Part shown: positions 30,269-41,013 of the stretch, piece by piece | Position numbering within the stretch: position 1 is the stretch's first letter | How the letters are laid out: every line of letters begins with the position of its first letter | Source: a virus | Direction: 5' to 3' (one strand) | IMG/VR virus record: IMGVR_UViG_3300030107_006707 | Span: 9,598-73,597 of that record | DNA length: 64,000 bases | The notes under the pieces: generated by a model | The model's database searches: none | The model's input: only the letters and a program-made list of their open reading frames with translations | What the model was told of the DNA's origin: nothing | Position numbers and translations under genes: made by a program

Positions 30269-31851
30269 GTGGTACCCCTAATGTCCTTATCAATGTTATA
30301 TTCTTCTAACAGGTTCCCTAGTTCCTCTGGGTAATCTGTTAGGTTCCATTTTCCTTTTACAATTGCAGTGGCAACATATGGATATACACTTGAGTCCCAA
30401 TGAAACATTCCTCTTTTAGGTTCGTTTGCATAACAATATGCACCATAAATATTATTTTGTTTACATGCTTCTGTTGCCATATGTTCAAACTCTGATATAT
30501 GATCAACCTCAGTATCCTCATATACAATTTTTAGCATGTCTATATCCCATAATGTTGGCTGATTTGCAAACTGAAAATATTGATCCTGAACTATATGAAA
30601 CATATAACCTATTAGTGGTACCTTAACCTCTGGCTGATTTTGGATCATCTCTCCACCTTTGATAAGTTTTATATAATCTATACCAGGGGCTGGAGGAGTA
30701 TTATAAAAAGAACTCTTCAATACTCCAATCATGGTGTTAAGTGAATTAACTTTTGGTTCCTGGTATAGCGGCATATCTTCATGATGAAATATACAGTATT
30801 CTTCATCTATCTTCTCTAAACAACTAGACACTCTCTCGGTGTAAGACATTTGATCATCATATAATAATGCTTGCCAGTTTGCTGGAATATTATCGTCTTT
30901 ATCAGCAATAACATACCTTTTTATGTGCGATGGTAAATATTTATCTGCTTGACCAAAAAACATAGGCCATACATCACTGTAGTCACTATGAGAATACATA
31001 ACAATTGCTAAATCATGAAGGTGACTATTTGTTACTTCTAGCAATACAAGTTTATCTTGCAAGCCAGCATCATAAAAAAACCATTTGTATAGCTTATGAT
31101 TATCTATGCAACCCCATCTCTCAAACTTTTGTAAGTTTTCAGTTCTGTCTTTAGGGTCTTTCAATAACTCTTGACTGTTTGGGTTTTCTGCGTTGCTGTG
31201 AATCCAACCACCTGTGACACTTTTAACATAATCACTATCTGGTTTGTAGTAATCAAGTAGTTTATCATACAGACCAGCTACTACATCCATATTTTCACTG
31301 CTTGAATAAAACCAGTGGTCTGTAAATCCCCAGTTTGTTTGGTCCCAAAAAGCCAAGTAAATTTTGTCCATATCTAGACTTGGATCAAATTTAATATCCG
31401 TAGCATAGTGCTTATTTATATATTCCTTACCTCTTGTCCCTAAATCTGTTCTAGCCATTATAACAACATCATATTTGAAGTTATTTTCTTTTTCATAATC
31501 TGACTTCAGTTTTACAGATTGTTTTCTAGAATATGCAACGCTAAACGATTGAAATATAGAATTACCTCTGTAATCAGTTTCACTTCGGTTAAAACCTTCA
31601 TCAAACCAGTCTTGATCCAAATGACTAAGTTCCTCGGTAAATTGTAGTTGCTTCTCATATTGTATTGCAATTGGATCATAAAGTTCTGATAAAACTCTGT
31701 GTGATTCTTCACTTTGTTCCCAACAATGAAAAAACACATCTACATTACCATGACTTAGAATATGTTTATCTATATATTTTTTAGCTCTCCTGGCAGCTAT
31801 TTCACCACCACTATTTAAAAAATATCCATGCATACATAAAGCTATTCTCAT
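30265..31851 (-). CDS. Two-domain putative glycosyltransferase
   Basis: N-term RIALCMHG...YDVVIMARTD...DHWFYSS; C-term YSHSDYSDVW...FHHED...AIVKGKW. Confidence 0.6.
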   Translation of the reverse strand: MRIALCMHGYFLNSGGEIAARRAKKYIDKHILSHGNVDVFFHCWEQSEESHRVLSELYDPIAIQYEKQLQFTEELSHLDQDWFDEGFNRSETDYRGNSIFQSFSVAYSRKQSVKLKSDYEKENNFKYDVVIMARTDLGTRGKEYINKHYATDIKFDPSLDMDKIYLAFWDQTNWGFTDHWFYSSSENMDVVAGLYDKLLDYYKPDSDYVKSVTGGWIHSNAENPNSQELLKDPKDRTENLQKFERWGCIDNHKLYKWFFYDAGLQDKLVLLEVTNSHLHDLAIVMYSHSDYSDVWPMFFGQADKYLPSHIKRYVIADKDDNIPANWQALLYDDQMSYTERVSSCLEKIDEEYCIFHHEDMPLYQEPKVNSLNTMIGVLKSSFYNTPPAPGIDYIKLIKGGEMIQNQPEVKVPLIGYMFHIVQDQYFQFANQPTLWDIDMLKIVYEDTEVDHISEFEHMATEACKQNNIYGAYCYANEPKRGMFHWDSSVYPYVATAIVKGKWNLTDYPEELGNLLEEYNIDKDIRGTT

Positions 31852-32468
31852 TTTACTTTACAATCCTTAAATAATGTGAACTCTGTCAAGTCTCTGTACG
31901 GTGGGGATTCAGGGATGTCAGGGTTTAGCCTTGGGAAGTTTTGCATCAATGCCAACCCATGAGAGGCCTGCTGTGGTGTCATATACATATTCCACCCAAG
32001 TATTTTAATATCATCGTCCTGATATCTTACACCCTCACTACGACCTTCGTACCTTGCCTCCCTAGCCCAGTCTGCCATTTCTTTACTGTCTGTAAGAATC
32101 ATCCCACCCTTGCCGATCTTAAGGTGCTTCTTGATATGAAAGGACAAACACATATGTGTGCCTGGTCGGTACATGTCTGAAGTAAATCTCTTGGCTGCGT
32201 CAAAGATTGGAAATGGCTTCAACTGATAGATACCTTGCCAACGCAAGTCTTCAAAGACGACCTCGCCCCCAGCGTGCATAATAGATTGCGGCACCGAAAG
32301 ATAGGTTTGCTTAGGGATGCGAACCTCTTTACCTTTTACATTCTCGTACATACAGCAAAGGAATAATGCATTAGTACAAGAATCTAGTGACACTGCATAT
32401 GGAGCACCAGTATAGTCGGCTACTGATTGCTCAAACATCTTAACTACATCATACGGATTTTGTTTCAT
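31848..32468 (-). CDS. DegT/DnrJ/EryC1/StrS-family PLP aminotransferase (short form)
   Basis: Start refined to MKQNPY; DSCTNAL, DAA, SFHIKKHLKIGKGGMILT. Confidence 0.85.
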   Translation of the reverse strand: MKQNPYDVVKMFEQSVADYTGAPYAVSLDSCTNALFLCCMYENVKGKEVRIPKQTYLSVPQSIMHAGGEVVFEDLRWQGIYQLKPFPIFDAAKRFTSDMYRPGTHMCLSFHIKKHLKIGKGGMILTDSKEMADWAREARYEGRSEGVRYQDDDIKILGWNMYMTPQQASHGLALMQNFPRLNPDIPESPPYRDLTEFTLFKDCKVK

Positions 32469-32862
32469 TTTCTCTCTCCAGTATGTAATATTTCTTTCTA
32501 AATCCACAAGCCTCAAATAGGTTTATACTCGCATCATTTTCTATTTTTACCTTGGCCTCTGATGCTGGGTATTCCTTCATGATGTATTCTATCATAGCTT
32601 TACCAATTCCTTTACCCTGATAATCAGGTAAAACTGCAACTCTTATGTCACCATAGATGCTACCAACATATCCAACTATTTCGCCATCGTAAAGACATAC
32701 TCTATAATCTCTGTGATGGACCCTCATATATGATTCGTGTGTATCCCACTCAATATCCTCTTGCTGTATGAAGCCTTTTTTTATCGTCTTATGATTCCGA
32801 AGAACACGAACTGCTTCCCAGTATACTCTTTTACAGGGTACTATTTTTATTTTACCACTCAT
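32449..32862 (-). CDS. GNAT N-acetyltransferase
   Basis: AVLPDYQGKGIG, NDASINLFEACGF. Confidence 0.9.
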   Translation of the reverse strand: MSGKIKIVPCKRVYWEAVRVLRNHKTIKKGFIQQEDIEWDTHESYMRVHHRDYRVCLYDGEIVGYVGSIYGDIRVAVLPDYQGKGIGKAMIEYIMKEYPASEAKVKIENDASINLFEACGFRKKYYILERENETKSV

Positions 32863-33640
32863 CCACTTGATTCCCATAATGACTATCGCTTTTCATCCAG
32901 TAAGAAGTTAGATATCCTCTAGTAAATCTCCATCCCTCTAAATTTTGATATGGGTTGAGAGCACTACCAGTATCTAAAAAAGTGTTGTTCTGATTTTCCT
33001 TATAACACTGATGAATAATGAAATTACTTAGGCTGGCTGCTGAACAAAGAATAATATGATCCTGAATATTATTAGCTTCAATATATTCTTTTACCTTTTC
33101 AACTGTATCATAGTTTTCTATCATACAGTTACTACCGATGCGAAAGTCTTTCTTAACTTTGAATGGTAACCCAGACAGATCGGCCAACTCGTTAACAACG
33201 TAGATAATGTCTCTGTCTTTAAAGAGTGGCACTATCTCTTCTACATATCTAGGGTAATTTGAGTTGATAAATAAGTTTGCAAACGTAAGGTTTTCTTCAT
33301 ATCCATCACCGTGAAGATCCATCTGCCATTTGAAGTTTTCTTCGCCAACATCTGTTTTGGTGCATATGCCCTTAAAATAGTTTTCTTGATTGTGTTGAAA
33401 ACTTTCAATAAGCCTCTCCCTGTAAAACTGATGTTTAGCTGGAATGAATTCTTTTTGTTCTTCTTTTGTGTAGATGTTTTGCCCAACCCTATCTCCAGTT
33501 ACAAAGTAGCCTGGGGCTAAAACAACAGTCTGGTTCTGCATGATAAACATTTCACCATCTGAGAATCTTGCAAATGCAAAGTTCTCCCCGTCTTTAACCT
33601 TTTGCTTGAACTTGTCAAATTCTTTTTTATAATCTTTCAT
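32852..33640 (-). CDS. Putative GT-D-fold (DUF1792-like) glycosyltransferase
   Basis: FARFSDGE and LDTGS motifs. Confidence 0.6.
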   Translation of the reverse strand: MKDYKKEFDKFKQKVKDGENFAFARFSDGEMFIMQNQTVVLAPGYFVTGDRVGQNIYTKEEQKEFIPAKHQFYRERLIESFQHNQENYFKGICTKTDVGEENFKWQMDLHGDGYEENLTFANLFINSNYPRYVEEIVPLFKDRDIIYVVNELADLSGLPFKVKKDFRIGSNCMIENYDTVEKVKEYIEANNIQDHIILCSAASLSNFIIHQCYKENQNNTFLDTGSALNPYQNLEGWRFTRGYLTSYWMKSDSHYGNQVDEW

Positions 33641-35247
33641 AATTTATTCACTGTCTTCCATCCACCACGAATACCATTTTGCACACATCCATCTCGCTCA
33701 ACAAAGAATTGTTGATGTGAAACCGCATGGTTATTAGAGGTAGCTTTTGAATCTATACCCAGTTCATTGCCAAGAATTGATCCATGTAATGATTTATCCT
33801 CTGGTGGATGAGGCGGACAATAAGTTTGTATACCACCATATTTCTGTGCTAGATATGAAAATTGTATATCTTCCCCATTGTCCCACGTAAATGGTTTTTC
33901 TTTCCAGAGGTATTGTAACCAATCTCTTCTGAAGAACCAAGCGTGACCAACTAAATCAACTCGGGTTATATCGCTATTTTGTGTGGGCCACCCACAGCGG
34001 TCATGCATAACATAATGATCTTTATTTTTCAAAATAATCCCTGCGCTACCTAGTATACCCTCTTTTACTCTCATTGTATCTAAACAATTTTCAAACCAGC
34101 GTTCGCCTGGGATTGTATCATCATCAAAGATAGCAACATATTCTGTGTCTGCAAGAAGTGCTGCGGCAAATCTACCATAAAACTTCCAGTTATGATCATT
34201 TAAAAATACACGATCTGCACCAAGAGAACTGTGGTCAAAATTAGAATTATCTTCATGGTGATTGACCCAAACCCATATTTGTTTTGGCTTTCTAGTTTGT
34301 GACCTGATTGCATCAATTTGCTTTTTAAGATTATACGGTCTTCTATATGAATTCAAAATAACCGTAACATCTGTTTCTTCGCCAGTATATTTCTGCTGCT
34401 CCAAGATTCCAATAATCGTGTCCACGGTTTCTCTTGGTGCTTTTTTAATATTAGTTAAAATATCTTCCTTACTGCCACTAAACCATTCCTCACTAGCAAC
34501 ACCTAAAAGATTTGGATTTGTTATGATTTTACACCCAGCTAATTTTGCCTCTACAACAATACGACAAAATGTTTCGTATACGCTAGGGAAGAATATAAGA
34601 GAATCATATTTAGTAAGTTTTTTAAACAGTTCACTAGGATTAGCAGCGCTGATCAAATCGTAAGCAATCTGATTTTTCTGACAATAAAACTCTGCTTTCA
34701 TTTGATTCTTAGTTGGATTATTAGATTGTAAAATGGCAGCGACTGAAGATCTGTCTTTATCATTTACATCTATACTCTGTACAGCATCTACAAAATCTTT
34801 ATCCCATACAGAACAACTCATGTTCACCACATTTGCGCTTGGTAAATTCTTTGCAGCTATATCAGCGTGCCCTTTACTTTGACAAAGAACAGCTTTAGCG
34901 TGGTTATAGAAAAACTCATTTACTACTTGACTTTTAGGAGCAACGTAGTCTTTAAACTTTGATGGGTCTCTAGTTGCAAGATATTTATGATCGTGCTCAT
35001 AAATGATATATTCAGCCGTAATAAGTGCGCTAACTGCATCTGGCTTTAGTGCAAGAAAGTTACCTAATATAAATTTAGATCCCTGGGAGTTTTCCTGAAT
35101 AACAAAATCAGAACTAACATCCTGGGATTTGATTTGAGTTACTGTGTGGCCATCTGCACGTAAGAGATTTATAACCTCTTGATTTACTAGTTCGCCGCCG
35201 CCAGGTAACTCATCTGCGAATACATCAGCAATGAATATTATTTTCAT
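33637..35247 (-). CDS. Fused glycosyltransferase (GT-B/GT4-like N-term + GT-A/GT2-like C-term)
   Basis: GGGELVN...ETFCRIVVEAKLAGC; then TVILNSYRRP...FDDD...GEDIQFS. Confidence 0.85.
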   Translation of the reverse strand: MKIIFIADVFADELPGGGELVNQEVINLLRADGHTVTQIKSQDVSSDFVIQENSQGSKFILGNFLALKPDAVSALITAEYIIYEHDHKYLATRDPSKFKDYVAPKSQVVNEFFYNHAKAVLCQSKGHADIAAKNLPSANVVNMSCSVWDKDFVDAVQSIDVNDKDRSSVAAILQSNNPTKNQMKAEFYCQKNQIAYDLISAANPSELFKKLTKYDSLIFFPSVYETFCRIVVEAKLAGCKIITNPNLLGVASEEWFSGSKEDILTNIKKAPRETVDTIIGILEQQKYTGEETDVTVILNSYRRPYNLKKQIDAIRSQTRKPKQIWVWVNHHEDNSNFDHSSLGADRVFLNDHNWKFYGRFAAALLADTEYVAIFDDDTIPGERWFENCLDTMRVKEGILGSAGIILKNKDHYVMHDRCGWPTQNSDITRVDLVGHAWFFRRDWLQYLWKEKPFTWDNGEDIQFSYLAQKYGGIQTYCPPHPPEDKSLHGSILGNELGIDSKATSNNHAVSHQQFFVERDGCVQNGIRGGWKTVNKL

Positions 35248-36506
35248 AATGTCTCAACGGTTTCTATTTTATCTTGCCAATCTGATTGTTCTTTTGAGTC
35301 GCCTATAACACTTAGAACCGTATGTACAACCTGATCTTGTATTTGTTGTTCTGTATGAGTAGACCTCAGAGAATCTGATAATGTTTTCGCTCGTCGTTCA
35401 AACAAAGAAATATTTTGATATACTTTTCTAATTGCTTTTTTAAATGAGTTCTCTTTAGCGTATGCCCATTTAGTTCCTGGATCTAACACTCCTGGCCACT
35501 CTGCTTCTTTCTGTATGGGCTCTAATGAATAACTAATCTTTTCATACAGTGCCTCTCTTTTGACTTTACCTTTAGGTGTCTTCTTTTCAATACAAAGAAA
35601 ATCCAAGTGCCCTGACCATCCTGTAGCTATTACAGGCATTTCACTATATGCTGCCTCAAACAAAGGTAATCCATAACCCTCACCATGTGTTGTTGTAACA
35701 TATGCCCTAATTTTCGGATGTTTGTATAAACCATGTATTTCTTCATCAGACATGGTTCCATGAAGCAAATGAATCTTACACTTTTTATTAGGAAATTTCT
35801 CAGCAAGAGATTTGATCATAGCTGAACACATCTGCCTATCGGCCAAATTGTTTTTAACTCTACTTGTCTTCAACACCAAACCAACTTCATCATTTTGAAA
35901 CTCTTCTACAAACCACTTCAACATGTTGTCCACATTCTTTCTTGGACCCCACTGTGCAATAGATAAGAAATTGAAATCTGTATCTAAATCTATTTTAGCA
36001 GACATGTCTTCTGCTTGCAAGTTTTTTATTGGATAATTTATAATTTGTATTGGCTTACCATATGTTACTGCTACCTTTTCTCCTGTTTCAGGATGTTGTA
36101 CATGTATGGTACCCTTGAATCCAGTGGCTGCATGTTGAGACGTAACAACAAGTAGATCCATCTCAGAACATTTAGCAAGCCATGCTGGTGGAACCAAGTT
36201 GCTTTCAATACCAGCAGTAAATCCTATATTCTTAGGTGCCATTACAGTAAACTCTGGCGGGATTGAAACATGGATACCTAAATCAAATGGGCCATTATAG
36301 CTATGTTTTTTAGCAATGATCATATCATAATATTTTCTCTTATGTGAGAAGTCAGTTATCCATGGCATCTGACCCCATCCCACATTTTCAACATATAAAT
36401 CAAATTTATCTGGGTGTTGTGAAAGGGCATCTACTACCATTCTAGCATGTTCACCATACCCACTCCTTGATAACAAGGGTGCTCTTATAATGATCTTCTT
36501 TGTCAT
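35244..36506 (-). CDS. GT4-family glycosyltransferase
   Basis: Start refined to MTKKII; SRSGYGEHAR, RKN, GEGYGLPLFEAA. Confidence 0.9.
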   Translation of the reverse strand: MTKKIIIRAPLLSRSGYGEHARMVVDALSQHPDKFDLYVENVGWGQMPWITDFSHKRKYYDMIIAKKHSYNGPFDLGIHVSIPPEFTVMAPKNIGFTAGIESNLVPPAWLAKCSEMDLLVVTSQHAATGFKGTIHVQHPETGEKVAVTYGKPIQIINYPIKNLQAEDMSAKIDLDTDFNFLSIAQWGPRKNVDNMLKWFVEEFQNDEVGLVLKTSRVKNNLADRQMCSAMIKSLAEKFPNKKCKIHLLHGTMSDEEIHGLYKHPKIRAYVTTTHGEGYGLPLFEAAYSEMPVIATGWSGHLDFLCIEKKTPKGKVKREALYEKISYSLEPIQKEAEWPGVLDPGTKWAYAKENSFKKAIRKVYQNISLFERRAKTLSDSLRSTHTEQQIQDQVVHTVLSVIGDSKEQSDWQDKIETVETL

Positions 36507-37759
36507 ATTGTTTCTAACTCCCATTTCTTGTACAACTTGCGAGTATCCCACGAGCCATGTCTTTCATGAATGTCCAACATAATGTCAACCCACCTTTTCT
36601 GAAAGTTTTCAAAGTTATAATTCTTGAGTACGTGTTGTCTTCCTAGTTTACCTAACTCTTTTCTTTCTTCTGCTGACATGTCATAGATCTTCTTAAGTGC
36701 ATTTATGAAGTCATCTTCATTTATTCTGTCTTCATATATCCATGGCACCTGCAAAGACCCAATAACTGCTTTTGATGCAGGTTCAATACCCACGCCAAAC
36801 CATTGTTCACCGTCGGTTACCTGCTCTTGTAAGCCGCCTGTCATATTAACGATAATTGGAGTTCCGCAAGATAATGCCTCTAGCGTGCCTAACCCAAAAC
36901 CCTCAGCATCAGAAATATTAACTACAACATCTGCAATATTATAAAGTTGAGCTAGATGTTCTGGTCCAATTTTTCTAGGAGAGAACTGGATTTGACCTTG
37001 TGTGTTTAGACCTAAATGGTTAGCTAATACGTCCAAAGGTTGTCCATGTGGATCTCTAACATCAGTATGCATTATTAGAGTTGCCTTATCGTGGCCTACT
37101 AGATCACAAAACTTTTTCCACCAAAATAACAATGTACCAGATTGCTTTCGTCTAGCATTTCTATTAACCCAAACTGCAACAAATTTATCACTTATGTTAT
37201 TTTGACCTCGCAAGTGTTTTATAGTATCTTCAGGTAAAGGCTTAAATGTATTAGAATGTACAGCATGTGGTAAATATTCCTCCTCTACATCAGGGGAAAC
37301 ATTTTGAACAATATCGCTAGTCACCTTAGAAATTGTTACAACTTTATCAGTTGAATTATAAAAAACAGAGTTAAAAGTAGGATATGGCTTGTTGTCCCAA
37401 ACGTGATAATACACCATCGGAACGAGCGCCCTAACCTCATCTTCTATTTCCCACAACCAATGATAAAATCTAGGATCGGTCATAAAATATAGGATATCAG
37501 GCTTATGCACCTGCAACGCAGTTCTAATCATTTCTGCATCTCCATATCCATCTACTGGGAATATGATCCAATCATCACCATACTCATGTGTCTTTACTGG
37601 GTTATAATCATCGTGCTTCATAGCACCACCAAAAGAAATAACCTCAAACTTACCTGTTTTCAGGAGAGCCTCAATAACATATTTTGTCTGTGTGGCAACT
37701 CCTGATGGCAAAAGCGGGTGATCACTAAGTGTAAGTACTTTGATTTTTTTATCTGTCAT
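36503..37759 (-). CDS. GT4-family glycosyltransferase
   Basis: NRNARRK, AEGFGLGTLEALSCGTP. Confidence 0.92.
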   Translation of the reverse strand: MTDKKIKVLTLSDHPLLPSGVATQTKYVIEALLKTGKFEVISFGGAMKHDDYNPVKTHEYGDDWIIFPVDGYGDAEMIRTALQVHKPDILYFMTDPRFYHWLWEIEDEVRALVPMVYYHVWDNKPYPTFNSVFYNSTDKVVTISKVTSDIVQNVSPDVEEEYLPHAVHSNTFKPLPEDTIKHLRGQNNISDKFVAVWVNRNARRKQSGTLLFWWKKFCDLVGHDKATLIMHTDVRDPHGQPLDVLANHLGLNTQGQIQFSPRKIGPEHLAQLYNIADVVVNISDAEGFGLGTLEALSCGTPIIVNMTGGLQEQVTDGEQWFGVGIEPASKAVIGSLQVPWIYEDRINEDDFINALKKIYDMSAEERKELGKLGRQHVLKNYNFENFQKRWVDIMLDIHERHGSWDTRKLYKKWELETI

Positions 37760-37775
37760 ATTGTTGATCCTTTAC

Positions 37776-38600
37776 TTATCTGCAATGCTCAGTATTCATA
37801 AACTCACATTTACCAAAGCGATCTGTGCATCCATTGCAGTTAAGTTTGTTTTTAATGTAGTTTTTATTTTCTATATTATAAAGTGCTTTTTGTAAAGCGT
37901 TAAGGGCATTTTTGATGCGCCTTTCTCCATTGCTTACTCTAACAAATTCTACCTTCTTACCTGATTTAGCAGTCCTTTTCAATAGAACAAAGTAGGTTTC
38001 CATGTCCTTAAGGTCTATATCGTACTTTTTACCATAAAAATACTTGTAAAAAGCCAACTGATAGGCCAAAGTTGAGTTAGACTTCTTTCTACTATCCCAA
38101 CCCCATGATGTTGTCTTCCAATCAATGATATAAACCTTCTTATCAGTGTGATTATACATCACCAGATCAATAAAACCTTTATATTTCTTCTTAGATCCTT
38201 CAATCTCCTCATATAGCTGCTCTTCGGCTGCTAAAACTTCCCATTTTTCACCGTATGGTCCAAATTCAGTCTCTAAGGCAAAAAATACCTCTTTTACAAT
38301 GTCATTTCCTTGTTCTAACCACTCTTTTACATCAAAATTTGATAAAATTTGTTGTTTTTGGTCCTTTGGGAGCGATTGTAGCTCTTTTTTGAAGAAAAAC
38401 TTGAAATTTTCTTCCATTTTTGGAATATCTCCTGCATTTTCGGATACTAAGTCCTTTTCTATGGCCTCATGCAGAGCTTTTCCGAAAGCAGTATAAATAT
38501 TTCCTTCAAAAATACCAATTTTATCAATATGACGCAGCTTATGAAAGTAAGGACAGACTTTCCAGTCCTTCCACTCGGAATAAGAGATATGTTTTTTCAA
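37776..38600 (-). CDS. PD-(D/E)XK (Cas4/RecB-like) exonuclease
   Basis: ISYS...CP...FGKALHE...GFID...IIDWKT...QLAFY and C-terminal Cys cluster. Confidence 0.9.
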   Translation of the reverse strand: MKKHISYSEWKDWKVCPYFHKLRHIDKIGIFEGNIYTAFGKALHEAIEKDLVSENAGDIPKMEENFKFFFKKELQSLPKDQKQQILSNFDVKEWLEQGNDIVKEVFFALETEFGPYGEKWEVLAAEEQLYEEIEGSKKKYKGFIDLVMYNHTDKKVYIIDWKTTSWGWDSRKKSNSTLAYQLAFYKYFYGKKYDIDLKDMETYFVLLKRTAKSGKKVEFVRVSNGERRIKNALNALQKALYNIENKNYIKNKLNCNGCTDRFGKCEFMNTEHCR

Positions 38601-38601
38601 T

Positions 38602-39294
38602 TTATCTTTCGTTTCTTGCTAAATTGTGCAGTTCTGATATTTTCTTATATAACACAGGACTAATCTTATGTAAATCTTTATCGTTACCCAAATAGTATTG
38701 TTCAAACCCAACAGCAAAGTATTCTTTTAGTGATACCATCGCATATGGACGTATAGAAATACCTGCGGTGACCATGTTCATCATCCTTTTACCAACCCGC
38801 TTATAGAAAAAATCATCCAAGTCTTTATTATACACTGGGTTGGCCAGATTATATGGTGTCATATTATAGCCTTCTGAAGCTAGCTCAAAATATAACTGTT
38901 TTCTCTTGAGTAAGAACTCGTCTTGGATTGCTTTATCTCCGTAGATCTGTTTTGGATATAACGTTTCTACATGGTGTCCTATTTCATGATACACATCGTC
39001 TAGCATATCAGCATTATTGTCTTGACGGTCAGCACTTAGATACAATTTATTATCGTCTTCTGAGTATTTTGCTGATATGTTTCTTCTCTCAAACTCCTCT
39101 AGGTCAGCTATTACAATGCCATCTAGTTTTTTGAAATATGATTTTGGCAACGTACCCTTAACTATAGTTAATATCTTACTAATATTAACATTGTCAGGTA
39201 CCTCTGATTGAATATCAACATCAACTGAGTTGACAGAAATATTCTCCTGTATAAGGGAGGATCTATTCTTTATATATTCTATTGTATTTGTCAT
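38602..39294 (-). CDS. Zincin-like metallopeptidase
   Basis: YHEIGHHVE (HExxH) with downstream EYFA. Confidence 0.7.
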   Translation of the reverse strand: MTNTIEYIKNRSSLIQENISVNSVDVDIQSEVPDNVNISKILTIVKGTLPKSYFKKLDGIVIADLEEFERRNISAKYSEDDNKLYLSADRQDNNADMLDDVYHEIGHHVETLYPKQIYGDKAIQDEFLLKRKQLYFELASEGYNMTPYNLANPVYNKDLDDFFYKRVGKRMMNMVTAGISIRPYAMVSLKEYFAVGFEQYYLGNDKDLHKISPVLYKKISELHNLARNER

Positions 39295-40589
39295 AATATC
39301 TCTGCTGCTATAGTCGCTAAGCGACTTCTTTCCCCTTTAGATAGTGTGACATGCCCTGCAATCTCATAATTTTTAAACTTTTCAATCGCATATGTCAGTC
39401 CGTTAGATACAGAATCCACATAAGAGTTATCAATCTGCTGCACATCACCAGTAAGCACTAACTTAGTATTGTGTCCTACTCTTGTTATTATAGTCTTTAA
39501 TTCATGAGATGTTAAATTTTGTGCCTCATCAACAATAATGTAACAGTTAGCTATAGAGCGGCCACGAATGTAAGTCATCGCCTCTATCTCAATAACTCCA
39601 GTTTCTAATTGTTGGTCTAGTGCCATTCGGTCACCATAAAGATATTCTAGGTTGTCTCTAAGTGGAGCAATCCATGGCATCATTTTTTCTTGCAAGGTTC
39701 CTGGTAGAAAACCTATATCTTTTCCCATAGGTTGAACAGGCCTAGTGATGATTAGTTTATCATACCCATTTGCAGATGTGCTGTTCATCACCTGTTCTAG
39801 ACCACATGCAACAGCTATTAGTGTTTTGCCCGTACCAGCCTGACCAGTTAGTGATACTATATCAACGTTTTTGTCAAACAATAAATCTATTGCATAGTTT
39901 TGTTCTAAATTGTTAGCCTTTAGACCCCATATGTTTTTAGGTTGATACAATTTATTGACAGGTGTATGATCATTAATATATCTACACATTGCAGATTGGT
40001 TACTATCAGAAATCAACTTTACAAATTGGTTTGGCAGTAGATTATGTTCTTTAGCACTAAGAGATAACTTACCACCAGAATAAAATTTATCTATGTCAGC
40101 ATCACTAACAAGTATTTCAGTGTGACCTGAATATATGTGACTTGTAGATTCAACCACTTTTTCTGGATTATAATCATATGCCTTAATACCAAACGAATCA
40201 CACTTTACCCTCATGTTGACATCTCTGGAAACTACGGCAACTTTATTGCCTTCCATTTTAAGTCTCAGGGCAGTGCATATTATTTTATTGTCTGAATCCT
40301 CTACGTTCATACCTGCGGGCATATATCTTGGATCATACTGAGCCGCCTGGATATTTCCTAGCCCCTCAGATATTTCAACACCTACAAATAGGCTGCCCTT
40401 TTGTCTAAGACGATCTAATATCCGATTCATCATACGAGCGTTATGTCCCGCTGTATCTTGTCTGTGTTTATGCTTGTCTATTTCATCTAACACAACCGTT
40501 GGGATCGCTATATCAAAATTACCAAATTGGTACATGCACTTTACATCTGTCAGGAATACGTTTGTATCTAAAACTACTATACTTTTCAT
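39291..40589 (-). CDS. phoH: PIN-domain PhoH-family protein
   Basis: VLDTNV PIN start; GQAGTGKT, GFLPG, YIRGRS, DEAQN, TGDVQQID. Confidence 0.95.
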   Translation of the reverse strand: MKSIVVLDTNVFLTDVKCMYQFGNFDIAIPTVVLDEIDKHKHRQDTAGHNARMMNRILDRLRQKGSLFVGVEISEGLGNIQAAQYDPRYMPAGMNVEDSDNKIICTALRLKMEGNKVAVVSRDVNMRVKCDSFGIKAYDYNPEKVVESTSHIYSGHTEILVSDADIDKFYSGGKLSLSAKEHNLLPNQFVKLISDSNQSAMCRYINDHTPVNKLYQPKNIWGLKANNLEQNYAIDLLFDKNVDIVSLTGQAGTGKTLIAVACGLEQVMNSTSANGYDKLIITRPVQPMGKDIGFLPGTLQEKMMPWIAPLRDNLEYLYGDRMALDQQLETGVIEIEAMTYIRGRSIANCYIIVDEAQNLTSHELKTIITRVGHNTKLVLTGDVQQIDNSYVDSVSNGLTYAIEKFKNYEIAGHVTLSKGERSRLATIAAEIL

Positions 40590-40626
40590 AGAACCTCATT
40601 TCTACTGATAAGTAGTTCATATAAGA

Positions 40627-40647
40627 CAAAAGCCGCCCGAAGGCGGC
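40627..40647 (-). terminator. Intrinsic terminator directly after the tmRNA CCA end
   Basis: AGCCGCC-TTCG-GGCGGCT hairpin followed by a short T run. Confidence 0.8.
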
Positions 40648-40970
40648 TGGTGGAGGTGGAGGGATTTGAACCCTCGTCTTGTCTGGTTCCGCAAAAGGGT
40701 CGTTCACAAGGTTAGGTCTGTTTTTATCGTCAGACAGCCCACTTGACTAGATTATCTTATTACGGCTAAAATAATCAAAAGCACTATGCAAATAAAATAT
40801 GGCTTTCTGTTTCTTGGCTGCCATGGCCTCAAGTCAAGTCAGGTTATTAAGCTGCTTGTGCTAGTTGAAAATCGTCGTTTGCGATTAGAAGTTAAGCGTT
40901 TTTAGTGAGCCACGCTTCCCTCACCCTTGCACCGTTTTTACCTCCCCATCAATCAATTCCAGTCACCCCC
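40648..40970 (-). ncRNA. ssrA: tmRNA; tag peptide (A)ANDDFQLAQAA** at 40882-40844
   Basis: 5' GGGGGTG pairs with 3' CACCTCC-ACCA including the G3:U alanine wobble; T-arm GAGGGTTCAAATCCCTC; resume codon GCA, tag ending AA with tandem TAA TAA; 323 nt. Confidence 0.96.
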
Positions 40971-40984
40971 ATTAAGTGTACTTA

Positions 40985-41013
40985 AATATACAATTAAAAT
41001 TCAATTAAGGCAA
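40985..41013 (-). promoter_or_regulatory. Putative sigma70 promoter for tmRNA
   Basis: TTGCCT-N17-TATATT just upstream of the tmRNA 5' end. Confidence 0.5.

Noticed and set aside
37776-38600. Cas4 / CRISPR system
   Set aside because: No repeat-spacer array or other cas genes were seen; stand-alone Cas4-like nucleases are common in phages.
40519-40707. 62-aa minus-strand ORF
   Set aside because: It overlaps the tmRNA 3' end, its terminator and the phoH start.
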